From Phallusia mammillata (taxonomy: Eukaryota): a DNA stretch of 64,000 nucleotides. Below are positions 45,483 through 57,300 of the stretch, piece by piece. The DNA lies in the NCBI GenBank assembly GCA_965637545.1, contig OZ281501.1:992001-1056000 (forward strand), given 5' to 3'. A program made the translations under genes and the position numbers. The notes under the pieces were generated by a model, which did not search any database, was not told where the DNA came from, and was given only the letters and a program-made list of their open reading frames with translations. The first letter of the stretch is position 1, and each line of letters starts with the position of its first letter.

Positions 45483-45941
45483 GCAATCTCTAATTAATAA
45501 ATATAATAACTGGCACGATTTTAAACCAGCTTGTTTATTTTATTGCATCAGCCAATAAACATGATTTGATATTACAATATATCATTGCTTTTTTCCACAC
45601 TGAAGAAAGGTATCAGTTTGAGTGATACTATTACAGTTTGATTCATTCAAGAAAATATTGGTGTGTAAAAATGTCATTGTGCATTAATGCTGCTTGAAAA
45701 AAATCAATAGAATCTCAAATCTCGTTGCTTGGTGGATGAAGACTATGATGAACCTTATGTCTATTAATTTATGTCAACTTCAAATTACCTTGAGATTGAG
45801 TTATTTTGCTGGTTAATGTCAATTTCAAATGTAAAAAAGTAAACTTACCTCATTCGAACCCAACTTAGCTACACAGGTTTAGTTGTGAGCCCGGATAGGT
45901 TTCACCAGATTTTGTCCTTGTGTGCCAAAATGATTTGGTTT

Positions 45942-46440
45942 AAGGTTATTACAAAAACCCTGAAGCGACAGCAAAGACGATTGACAGTGAAGGGTGGTTA
46001 CATACAGGAGATATCGGACATTACGATGATAACGAGTTTATCTATATCGTTGATCGACTGAAAGAGCTGATAAAGTACAAAGGATTTCAAGTTGGCTTTC
46101 GTGTCAATCCGCAAAAACAACATGTCACATGAAATAACAATCATTATTCTGACATATTTTGGTTGCACTACCTGAACAAAATTTGTAGACGTATGCATGG
46201 CTGCGTCATCCTAAAATTGCTGACGCAGAAGTCATCGGCGTTACTAATCTCGCAACAGGGAAACTACCCAAAGCTTATGATGTTAAAATATATCCAACTC
46301 TCACAGAGGAATAAATTCACCAATTTGTAAAAAGTTTTGTTTCAACATAGAAATGTTACATTGTTCATTTAAAAACTACAATATGTTTGTGTTTCGCAGA
46401 CAAAGTTTCCAAGTACAATGATCTACGTTGGCGAATTGTT
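45942..46440 (+). pseudogene. 4CL-like 3' fragment (exon 10 plus decayed exons 11 and 12)
   Basis: 45942-46090 encodes [24 protein letters not shown]...KGFQ with no acceptor. ~46204-46333 is a decayed exon 11 with an in-frame stop. ~46400-46440 is a decayed exon 12, also copied at ~40355-40395. Confidence 0.85.
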
Positions 46441-46921
46441 TTAAGCAAGTTTATTTACAACTTATTGGCATTAAACAGCACAATAAGATATGTACAGTTT
46501 TAGTTTCATCGACTCGATGTTTTATGTTTGACTACCAGTCCTGTTGATGCTGTAAATGCGAAATATATATTTTAATGAACTTAAATTTTCATTAACTTGA
46601 ATCAAGAGACACAATTAAGGTTCATTATAGTCTTCATCCACCAAGCAATGAGCTGAATGATTCTAGTTTTAAGTAAAAGTCATGCACAATAACTTCAATG
46701 ACATTTTTGCACAGTATGTGGTCTTGAATCTCTTGAATCACTCAAACTGTATAAAGATAACGTGGACTGTAATAATATCACTCAAGCTGCTACCTTTCTT
46801 CAGTGTGGAAAAAGGCCAAGACTCTTTGTAATACGAACACATGTTTATTTGTTGCTGTAATAAAATCAACAACCTGGTTTAAAATCGTATCAAGACAATG
46901 TATTTACTAATTAGAAACGGC

Positions 46922-49801
46922 TCAATATTTCGATGTTTTCTTTTCCATATCTTTCAAAAGTCGACGCAATTTTTTTCCGCTAGGAGACTTGGGTATGACG
47001 TCAATAAAGGTGATTCCCCCACGAAGATACTCAAATTTTGTAACTTTGTCTGAAAGAGAAAGAAAATTTTCGTGTTTTTAAAGGAGTTATACGATATTCT
47101 GATACCTTTGATAAACTTATGGATTTCTTTTTCTGTGAGAGTTGGATGTTTTCTGACAACATAAGCTTTGGGTAATTCCCCTGCTTCGAGATCGGGAACA
47201 CCAATGACTCCTACGTCAACAATCTTTGGATGACGTAACAATATGTCTTCCAATTCAGCTGGTGCCACCTAGTGAGAATTCGAAGGTTTTGGGTTAGGTG
47301 ATCTGTTTCAACGCACGTGTCTTCTCATAAAACTAACTTGGAATCCTTTGTACTTTATCAGCTCTTTCAGTCGATCAACGATATAGATAAACTCGTTATC
47401 ATCGTAATGTCCGATATCTCCTGTATGTAACCAGCCTTCACTGTCAATCGTCTTAGCTGTCGCTTCAGGGTTCTTGTAATAACCTTTCATGACCTTTAAC
47501 CAAATTAAAGCAGCTTAAAATGTGTTAGGGCTTAAGAGATTGTACAGTTTACCTGTGGGCCTTTAATGCAAATTTCACCGTCTTCGTTAGGACCTAGTTC
47601 TCTTCCACTGTTTGTATCAACAATCTGTTAATATGCAAAGAAGCAAAATGTATTCATCCTTTATTACTGTGCGCCGGATCTGCCGAAGGCATGTACACCT
47701 GAACATTAACTAATGGAGGATGTACAAAGAAAGACAAATTTTAAGCGACTTTCTAACCCATGGAGGTTTAAGGGAGAGAAATGCGCTAAATACAAGTTGC
47801 GTGACTGTATGCACTATTGTGTGCAAACCAGGTTCAGAACAAGGCAAAAACAATGAAAAGTTTACCTTCAACAAAGTGTTAGGTTAGGGGTTTCCAATGG
47901 AAAGTACAGGAGTGCAATCATCCAAGTGATGAGCAGCAGGGACTCCTTCAGTCATACCCCAACCTAGATAACAGCAAACTGTGAAGTGATATAAAGATGC
48001 TGCTCATGTTTCCAACATTTGTTTGTCAATGTCCAACCAAATCCCTTTGTAATCTTATTGCATTTTTACTTGTAACAAAAACTAGCTGCTGGAGAACATC
48101 AAGTCTGGTTGGGTTGCACAACGGTTTTTGATTACCGTTTTTAATGCTGACGTTAAGTTTCTTGGACACAGACAGTGCCACGCTTTCAGGTAATGGGGCA
48201 GCACCGGTGTCGAGCTCACGTAATGAAGACATATCGAAGCCATGATTTAATGGAAGTTGGTCCATTGCCACCATAATGGGTGGGACGGCAATCAAACGAG
48301 TGATCTATGCATAGAAATATTTGGGTTCGTGTTTGGAGTTTAAAAATGATGGTGTTTTGGTTTGAATAGTTTTGTCAAAACTCTGTGGGTGCATACCAAA
48401 AACTGAAATCAGTACTACACACTTAGTGATGTGATTGTATTGCAATGTTAGTGAGAAACACTAAAATAGCCACACGGTATTGCAAGCCAATAGGAAGACG
48501 CAATATAAGGATTTGATGGACGGAATTGTAACAAATTTTACACCACAGGAATAGAGAAATATAAGGCAGCAGTGACATCTGAAGTTATTGTGGCCTGTAA
48601 TTGAGCAGTGTAAGCTTGATTTGGCTATATTTTTTTGCTAAATAGCTGACATTAATTTTGGAGTTTGATGAGCCTAAAAACACAACCTTTGTTGTTTGAG
48701 TTATGATGCAAATTTCTTTTACCTTGTATTTCTGAATATCTCCCATCATTTGCATCAAGTCGTAACGTTTCTTAAGAACAACTTTGCTTCCTTTTGACAT
48801 AACCAGGAGCGACATTATGGTTCCGTAAACATGAAACATGGGAAGAACCAGGTAGATTGCGTCGATGCGAGACCAGCGCATTGATGCACTGCAATGTTGG
48901 AAAGAAAACTTACTTTTAAGATTTTGCTTTGACATAAAGTTGGCTCTGGACATGCGACTTTCCCAGTTGACATAACTTACAGTGTTTTTTTTTATTTTTG
49001 CTCGATTTTTGTACTTACTCGCCAATGGTCAAACTTGCAACCAAGTTTCTGTGTGTAAGCATAAAGCCCTTAGGAAGCCCAGTGGTTCCACTGGAGTAGA
49101 GGATTAAAGCCACATCATCCGGGTCGACAGAAACATCGAAAGGAAAGTCTGCAAACAAAATAGATCTTGTATATTTTACCAATTAATGCAAGAACTTGTG
49201 ATGTAATGTCAAACCTTTAGAATTTCCATGAACGAGAAATTGAGAGAATGTTTTTTTGTTGGGTTCGGCTTCCATGTTAAATATTTCCTGCCAAATATAC
49301 GTGTAATGTGCAGATTTTTTAGGAATATAATATTGCATACTATTAACTTACTTTAACGGAGTGAAGCTGTGCACAAACTTCTTGAACTTTAAGGTAGTTC
49401 GCCAAATCGCAGAAAACAAATTTGGGTTCGGTTTGTTTGAACTGGAAGGAAAGTTCATCTGAAAACAACAGCAGTTTGTGTTATAGTTCCAGCGATCTTC
49501 CTTTTAGTATTTACTCCGACTAAAGTCAATCTGAGAGAAATAATAAATATGAAATAAGATACGTTGGCAAAACCTTCGCAAAACAACGTTGCCCAAGTTC
49601 GATACCGTTAGAAGTTTAGGTTGCTTTAAAGTAAACAACCACCATCAAGCAAGATGTTCGGATCTCGTATGGTTTATTTCGAAAAAAGAAGTTACTTACC
49701 ATAGTAACCTTGTTCCCTCTTGTAGCTAGTTTTGAAAACATATAATCACTAAAATTGACATCAGGAATTACCAAATCCGGCATTGGACTCCAGAGAGGCA
49801 T
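46922..49801 (-). pseudogene. 4CL-like copy D, a close paralogue of B lacking exon 2
   Basis: Nearly identical to B over exons 1 and 3-10, but 218 bp equivalent to 39266-39483 are missing at 49525/49526, removing most of exon 2 and its donor. Skipping the 211-nt exon shifts the frame. The last exon has SGKKLRR and ends TSKY*. Confidence 0.85.
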
Positions 49802-49834
49802 TTTACAATTTCTTTTCTCACTTTGAATCTAACA

Positions 49835-51549
49835 CCCAGTCGGAAAATTATCCCCGAATCATACATATAATATATAAGTTCATGTTTGTGTTACGTACGA
49901 TTTTCTGGTGACAATCATAGATATATACGGTTGTTTTACACCGAAAGTTTACATCGGATCATACATGATTTAATACGAAGTTCTTACATGATTTTCTGAG
50001 AATATACTCGCATAATCCGTACATATACCCGTGGTTTTCTGATGTTAAACTATGATAAACCTATCGTGATTATCTGAGAATACACTCGCATAATCCCTAC
50101 CGAATGTATAGTTTTCTAACATTAAACTATGATACCCCTATCGTGGAACGTCATCGTTTCACAAATTTCACACTCATAAAGAAAGAACATATTTTAATGA
50201 ACGAAAAGCCATCAGAATATATAGGCGATTATAAACATGTCGCAACAAACAAGTTGTGGGTGTTCACATTAGGTAATTTATGGGCGACCACAAGGCCCAG
50301 TTGCACTAAGCCTCGTCCTCAACGAATGATGCAATATAGGTTCTGTTACAAAACCACTTCCGCTGTCGGTTTAATTTTGCCGTTGTCCCATCGGCTGCGT
50401 CCACCAGAACAATGTTGATGTCGTAAACGATTGTTTTGTTCTTTTTATTCTTGCATTCAATGAGTGGAGTAACATCTACACAAAGTCAATTAAGTTGTTA
50501 TTTTGTTTTGAAAAAGCTTGTACACGTCTAAAATAATGTAAATTCTACTTACTGCGATGAAGTGAATACATTTTTTTAATCCTTGATGCAGATTTCGAGT
50601 GCTGTCGTTTGGGCCCCAATCGTCAGTTTGTTGCATCAGACTCAGATGAATCACTGTCTATATTACCAACTTCTTGCCTCTTTTCTGCCATATTACTATT
50701 TTTCATCAGCTAGGCTTTCCGTCTTTTTTTCATCAAATGGTTTGTTACATACGCTAGTAGGATCCGGCATTCTTAATTCCATTATTTCAAGTCTTACCTA
50801 AATACACCTAATGCATACAGCAGTCTAAATTAACCCAAATTTTGCGTCAAAAACGCTGATAAGTTTAAACCCGTCTTCAAATCGCTTGAACGTCTGTGTG
50901 AGCAATATAATTTTTTAAATAGGCCAACACCGCCTAGACAAAACCGCTTTTCACGCGTCGCAGCGGATTCATTGTTGTCAAACGGGCCGAAGTCTTTCTC
51001 TCGCTCTAATTATCTGTGGGGGTCGGGAAGGGAGATAACAGCATGTCATTGCCATGCGATCTCTTGGTTATTTTCACCTAGAGAATTTAAAAGAAATGTT
51101 TGCAAAAGAAAAGTTGAAACAGGACATATACTGCAGGAGATTACAGACATCGTTGTGCGGTGACGCGCAAGTCTATTAAAAAAATTGCAACCAATTTTCA
51201 CATAACGGGACAAGTGGTCTCATGTAAAAAAATAACTCGCCACTATATCCTACATCAACACATTCTACTCCTGAATTTGTATGTAGCCTAAGCGGTGATT
51301 ATGAAAAATGCTTTGCGAAAAACACCCAAGAATTTTTTACATAACCCTTACAAAAATCAAAAAAGAAAACAGCGGTTCATTTCAAGTGTGAATGTTCATT
51401 GAAATATCGCAGAAATTCGTAGGTTAATGATAGAATTACACTAGAAAATCGAATGTACTTGTTTAACAAGAACTTCTGTGATAATCGCACTATATTTCTG
51501 GTATATCATGTATGATTCGGAGATAGCCCTTGGATAAAGTTCGACTGGG
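49835..51549. mobile_element. Non-autonomous DNA transposon, 1715 bp, with CCC...GGG ends and a 2-bp TSD (CMC/EnSpm-like by inference)
   Basis: Ends CCCAGTCGGAA ... TTCGACTGGG; subterminal inverted CCGAATCATACAT/ATGTATGATTCGG. The empty site upstream of copy B (TCTAACACAACCG, ~39787) shows a CA duplication. No transposase ORF. Confidence 0.85.
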
Positions 51550-52897
51550 CACAACCGTTGGGCAGCTGTCCCAACAAGTCTAATAACGATACTTGGTAAA
51601 TTCCTCGAGATTTTTTCACCATAAACGATCCTGTTTCCATTCAGAGACCATCTGTTACACTAGGCTGCATGAAAACACATGCAAACAGGCCATTTTTAGA
51701 GCTCTAGTTGTTAACACTTGCCATCGGCAACCGAGCGCATGCAGTGTTGGTTAATTATTAAAATAAAAAGTTTAAACTCTCACCACGTATCTGAAACTTC
51801 GGACTGTTGTGTTTGCTTTGGGCAATAAATCCTGCACATGTTGACTTAATTTGCCGCAATAACTGCTAATTTAAAAATATCTAGGACATTTGTTTGTGAC
51901 AAATATGAACGTTTACACAGACTGACCATTACGATGCAAACGTTTAGAATTAAATTGTTCATATTCCCCGTGTTGCTAATTAGGTTTGAGTGTGAAATTT
52001 GTGAGAAACACATTGGGGGACAACTTTGCTCTCTGATGAGATTGACCGTGCAAGACATAGAAATGTGCAACGTCTGTGTGGTTCGTTGCCAGGTCAGGCT
52101 TTATACCTGCTACTGGTACCACGTAGCCCAGTACAACCTGTCGCGGGTCGAGTGGCCGTCGACTAAACCGGCTTCCCATTCGTCTGCAGCCTTGCAGCAG
52201 TCACGCATTGGTTTGTGAAAGGCTAGGGGGACAACCCTGACTCAAAAATCCCAGGAATGTCTCTGAGCAAGTGTCCAGGTAGACGCTCGAAAAAAATAAT
52301 GAACACAAGCAGTGTTTTTTTAAGGTGCAAATTTCTCCAGCGGTTTCCCAAAATTTGGACTTGCAACTACAACTACAGTTTTTGGCATTTAAATGAAACA
52401 CTTGCCGTCTCTTAAAACTACTTAGCGGTCACCCAAACCAAACCTTAAAAAAAACCTGAACACAAGAACAAAAATGACCCTCAGTCCCTGGCAAAAAAAG
52501 GGTGCTTCGGATTGCAACTTCGGGTCCTCTTCTCGTTAGAGAGAGATGCGAACCGAAGGTAGAACCTTGTGTCCATAAAAGCGAGGGGACGCCAAGTCCC
52601 GGCCGATTGATTGATTGTGTGGCTTGAACTCTGAAGTACGAAATTAACTGCAAACTTTCGTTGACAATAACAAGAACCAAAGTCCACTAACTAGCATTAA
52701 ATATGCGCTCAAAAGTAAACTTACAGCTTTCTGACAAAGTTAAAAACTTACTAGATTCCAAACCTTGCGGAACAACAATGTTATGAGCAGTTTCGAATCA
52801 GTGTGAAGTCTTACAGTTTATTTGGAATACTAGAATGCAGTAAACGTCATATAAGTAATGTGCGTCTGAATATGTGATCGTCAGCATTAAATTTCAA

Positions 52898-53600
52898 TCA
52901 ATATTTTGACAAAATTCGTTTTTTCTCTGATTCTTTTAAAATGCGACGAAGAATTTTTCCACTTTCTGATTTCGGAATTGCCTCGATAAAGGTGATTCCC
53001 CCACGCAGATACTTGTACTTTGCAACTTTTTCTGCGTAAAACAACATTGAGTTTTAGAAAGTAGAAAAAAAAATCATGTAACTGGTAAAACCTTTCATGA
53101 AATCGTGAATTTCTTTCTCTGTGAGATCTCGATCTTTTTTGACAACGTAAGCTTTGGGTAATTCCCCTGCTTTAGGATCGGGAACACCAATGACTCCTAC
53201 GTCAGTAATCTTTGGATGACGTAACAATACGTCTTCCAACTCAGCTGGTGCCACCTAGTGACAATTAGAAAGTTTTAGGTGATCTGTTTTAACAAAAGTG
53301 TATTCTCATAAAACTAACTTGAAATCCTTTGTACTTTATCAGCTCTTTCAGTCGATCAACGATGTAGATAAACTCGTTATCATCGTAATGTCCGATATCT
53401 CCTGTATGTAACCAGCCTTCACTGTCAATCGTTTTTGCTGTCGCTTCAGGGTTCTTGTAATAACCTTTCATAACCTACAGCATAAATAAAAGCAGCGGGT
53501 AATGTGTTCGCAGTAAAGAAATTGTGCAGTTTACCTGTGGGCCTTTGTAGCAAATTTCACCGTCTTCATTAGGACCCAGTTCCCTTCCGCTGTCTGTATC
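52898..53600 (-). pseudogene. 4CL-like 3' fragment (most of exon 9 to exon 12)
   Basis: [22 protein letters not shown] / [13 protein letters not shown] / VAPAELE..HDFMK / [44 protein letters not shown]. Broken inside exon 9 at 53600 and fused to a copy of 31594-31845. Confidence 0.88.
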
Positions 53601-53850
53601 GCAAAACGGCAAATACTACGAATAAATTGAATGAAGTTAAATTGAAACGCAAGAAATAATAAACAAACAAACAATGGCGTTTTACCAGATAAACAAGAAA
53701 AAAAAAACATTTTTCAAGAAACGAAATAATATCAGTATCTATTGTCCGACTTGAGATAAATGTTTCGAAAATAACCTAGGGTTTTAGCATTTACTTTGTT
53801 TTTCAAAACAGCTCGGGCAGGCTAGGTATTTATTACCAAAAATAAGCAAC
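53599..53850 (+). repeat. 252-bp near-identical copy of 31594-31845
   Basis: Direct comparison, TCGCAAAACGGC...AAAATAAGCAAC, with very few mismatches. Confidence 0.9.
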
Positions 53851-54349
53851 CTTTATTTAACTTTTTATCCAATACATGTGATGTGCCGAGGCGTTGCTAA
53901 CACTTGACCAAAACAGAAAAACCACAAGTACTTTATCTTTTATTTGTTTCTGTCGGGTAAGAAATGGAATTAAGTTCGCAGTAACATGATGTACCATATT
54001 GGTTTTTATTACCATGGTAAGTAATCTATGGTATTACCAACTGCCCTGGCCGAATATTAACAATAAATATTAAAAGGGCGCGAAATTGCAAAGGTCGCTA
54101 CAACGAAAAGGGAAAAACCCGCTTTGCAAAAACTTTGGTTCTGTGAAATTTCAAGTGTGCAGGAAGCAGGTATTAAGTTTGGAAAGTTTTTGCGATACCG
54201 CGGTCCTACCTTGCGTTATGTGCGATAGTTTAGTTGTAAGAGGTTTATTGCTATTGCACTTTTGTATTCCTGCGGTTTACTTTTAACAGTTTAAACGCAG
54301 ACGCAAGGACACCAGTATTTCTCTTTATTAAGTGTTGAATGCAGCAACG

Positions 54350-57300
54350 ATGCCCGTTCGAAGTCCACTGCCGGATATGGATATTCCTGACATAAGTTTT
54401 GCAGACCACATGTTTGCAAGTCTTAGAAACAAAGAACCAAAAGTTGCCATAGTAAGAGAAGGCAATTATAAATGCTTTAAGTCACTTGTTTTGTCCTGTG
54501 TTTTTGTGCCACTCTACAGTCATGTGTTACTATGTTTGTTGCGTTCAAGTGCACATGAACAAAATACAATACGATAAGATACTTGTATTTAAAATGTGCT
54601 AAATGTAAAACTGATTTATAAATTGTCTTGCAATTGCAGATAGATGGTTCCAGAAACTGTAAACAATACACTCCTAAAAAAATTCGTGAAAATGCCATTA
54701 AATGTGGGAGCGCATTTTACCGCATGGGGTTGAGGAAGGGTGATGTGGTGGCAACTTGTCTCACAAACTGTGCCGAATACGCATTCATAGTGATTGGAGT
54801 GAATGCATGTGGTGGAATAGTTACTACAATAAACCCAAACTACACCAAAGGTAGTTTAACTGCATATCCCATTTGCTAAGCATGTATACATATACAAGAT
54901 TTATAACTCCTATGTGGCTGAAAAGGCTGATTAGCCAACATCATAGGTATTCAAAAGACCTCAAAATAAAAACGTTTAAAAATATTTTTCAGAGGAGTTA
55001 CTGCACCAGTTCAAACAAACTCAACCAAAATTTGTGTTTGTTAACTCTGAAAACTATCAAAAAGTAAAAGACATTTGTGCACAATTACCAAACTTCAAGG
55101 TAAACTAAAATGTTAAACATTTTATCAATTCTTTCCAACTTATTATAAGACTTTCATGTATTTATAGTTATAACTGTATGTATTTGGTTTATTAATTTTG
55201 AGATGATTTCACTGTCCCTGCTATGACAACTGGGCAGAGCTTTTGTTTTATTTAATATTTTGGCACAAAACTGTTGTCATCATTAGGTAGAGAATAAAAA
55301 GTAAAGGAAACATTCAACAACTCGTAATTATAAAACTGTGCCTAGTCAAAGAAGAGAAATATGTGCTAACTAACAAGTTGAACTGATGTCATTAGTGGTA
55401 TGTGTCAGCCCAATTACGATAAACCTTATTTGATCCACACCCATTTTGCCAAAACAATTGTCTGGATTAGTCAAAGATCAGGATTAACTGATGTCGATTA
55501 GTTAAAGCCTTATCACATTACAAAGCATTTGTACATCATGTTTTCTCCAAATTAGGCAAATATCCCGATTAACTGACATCAGTTTAATCAAGGTTTACTG
55601 TACCACAAAATTGCTGACCATGTGTTTGAAATAATCTCTGTAACATCTTGTTGCTACTTTAAAAGGGTAGATACCCAGTTGTTCACTTCTTCTCGAGCTA
55701 AATATACTTTATTTTCCCAACTGTATAGTTTTTAACATTGTGTTTAATAGGCCATCATTAATATGGAAGAGAATGCACAAGCTTTGTCATATTCTGCATT
55801 CATTGGTCACGGAAAGCTGCATGGCAAGTTATTTTGACAAATTAGTCAAACTATGTACGACAGAAATTTAATGTTCATTTATTATGGGTCCCCTTCCTTG
55901 AAGGGGACACATCTTGATTTTACTCGATTTCTTTTTTTTTTTTTTCTTTTTTTTTCTTCTTTTTTTTTTTCTTCCCTGAAGTTTGTCCACCCCATTTTGC
56001 CCTGAAATGTTTGATGGATTTAGATGAAACTTTCACAGATGGTAGATATAGTTGTGTAGATGTGCCATCTGCTTCGTTTGTCATGATAACCCCAGTATTT
56101 ACCCCGCTAGACCCCAAAATGTAAAATGTGGTTTGTGCGCACCACAAACGTTAGTTTTGTGTGATGTTATAAAGACAACTACATATGGTACTCATGTTTA
56201 AGGATTGCTTGGTGAACGTGTTTGCGGATAGCAGTCAAGGGGGTTGTTCACAGCCTTGTGACGTCATAAGTCATTAGGTTGTTTGTTAAAACGCCCCCTA
56301 GTGGTCAAAATTGAAACATTGGCCAATTTGGACAAAATTTTACAGGATTGTTGTTTGGGTCATCTTGTGACGTCATAAGTTATTACGGTTGTTGGTTAAA
56401 ACGCCCCCTAGTGGTCGAAATTGAAACATTGGCCGATTTGGACAAAATTTTACAGGATTGTTGTTTGGGTCATTGCAGTTTCATATTTTCAACATTAGGG
56501 TGAAGAACCCCATCAGTTACCCCACTAGCCCCCTAAAATGGGTGAATATTTAAACAGGGTCGGAATTGGCTGAAATTTGGATAGCTTGTATAATTTGCCA
56601 TTTACAATTGATGATTGTTGTGTTAAAACCTGTAGCCCCAGCATTTACCCCACTAGCCCCCTAAAATGGGTGAATTTTTAAACAGGGTTGGATTTGGCTG
56701 AAATTTGGATAGCTTGTAGAATTTGCCATTTACAAATGATGATTGTTGTGTTAAACCCTGTAGCCCCATCAGTTACCCCACTAGCCCCCTAAAAAGGATA
56801 AATTTTTTAAACAGGGTCGGAATTGGCTGAAATTTGGATAGCTTGTACAATTTGCCATTTACAAATGACGATTGTTGTGTTAAACCCTGTAGCCCCAATA
56901 GTCACCCTGCTAGCCCCCTAAAATGGGTGAGTTTTTAAACAGTGGGCAATTGTTGGAAATGTTATGCCATTTATAGGTATCGATTGTTGTGTTTTACTTC
57001 TTTGTTTTAAACTAGACAAACTTTAAACAATGCTTGAATTGAGTCGATTTGTATAGTTTGAACTTTGCATAGCATGACTATTTAATCCTAGTACCAATCA
57101 CAGTGTTTTACTTTACAACACCAAAGTTTCTTATGGTTATCTCTTGAAATGCAGTGTTTACAACTTTGCATGTGTGGGGACCCATGAGTTTCTGCCTGCA
57201 GAAACAACTAACGTTTTAAAAGACGGTGGCAAATATGGGACCCAATATAAAATAAGTGAAGGAATTATATTTATGTTTTAAAATAGATCATAGTGTATGT

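Noticed and set aside
56500-56940. Regularly spaced repeats resembling a CRISPR array
   Set aside because: Whole ~128-bp units are repeated with no unique spacers, inside a eukaryotic transposon.
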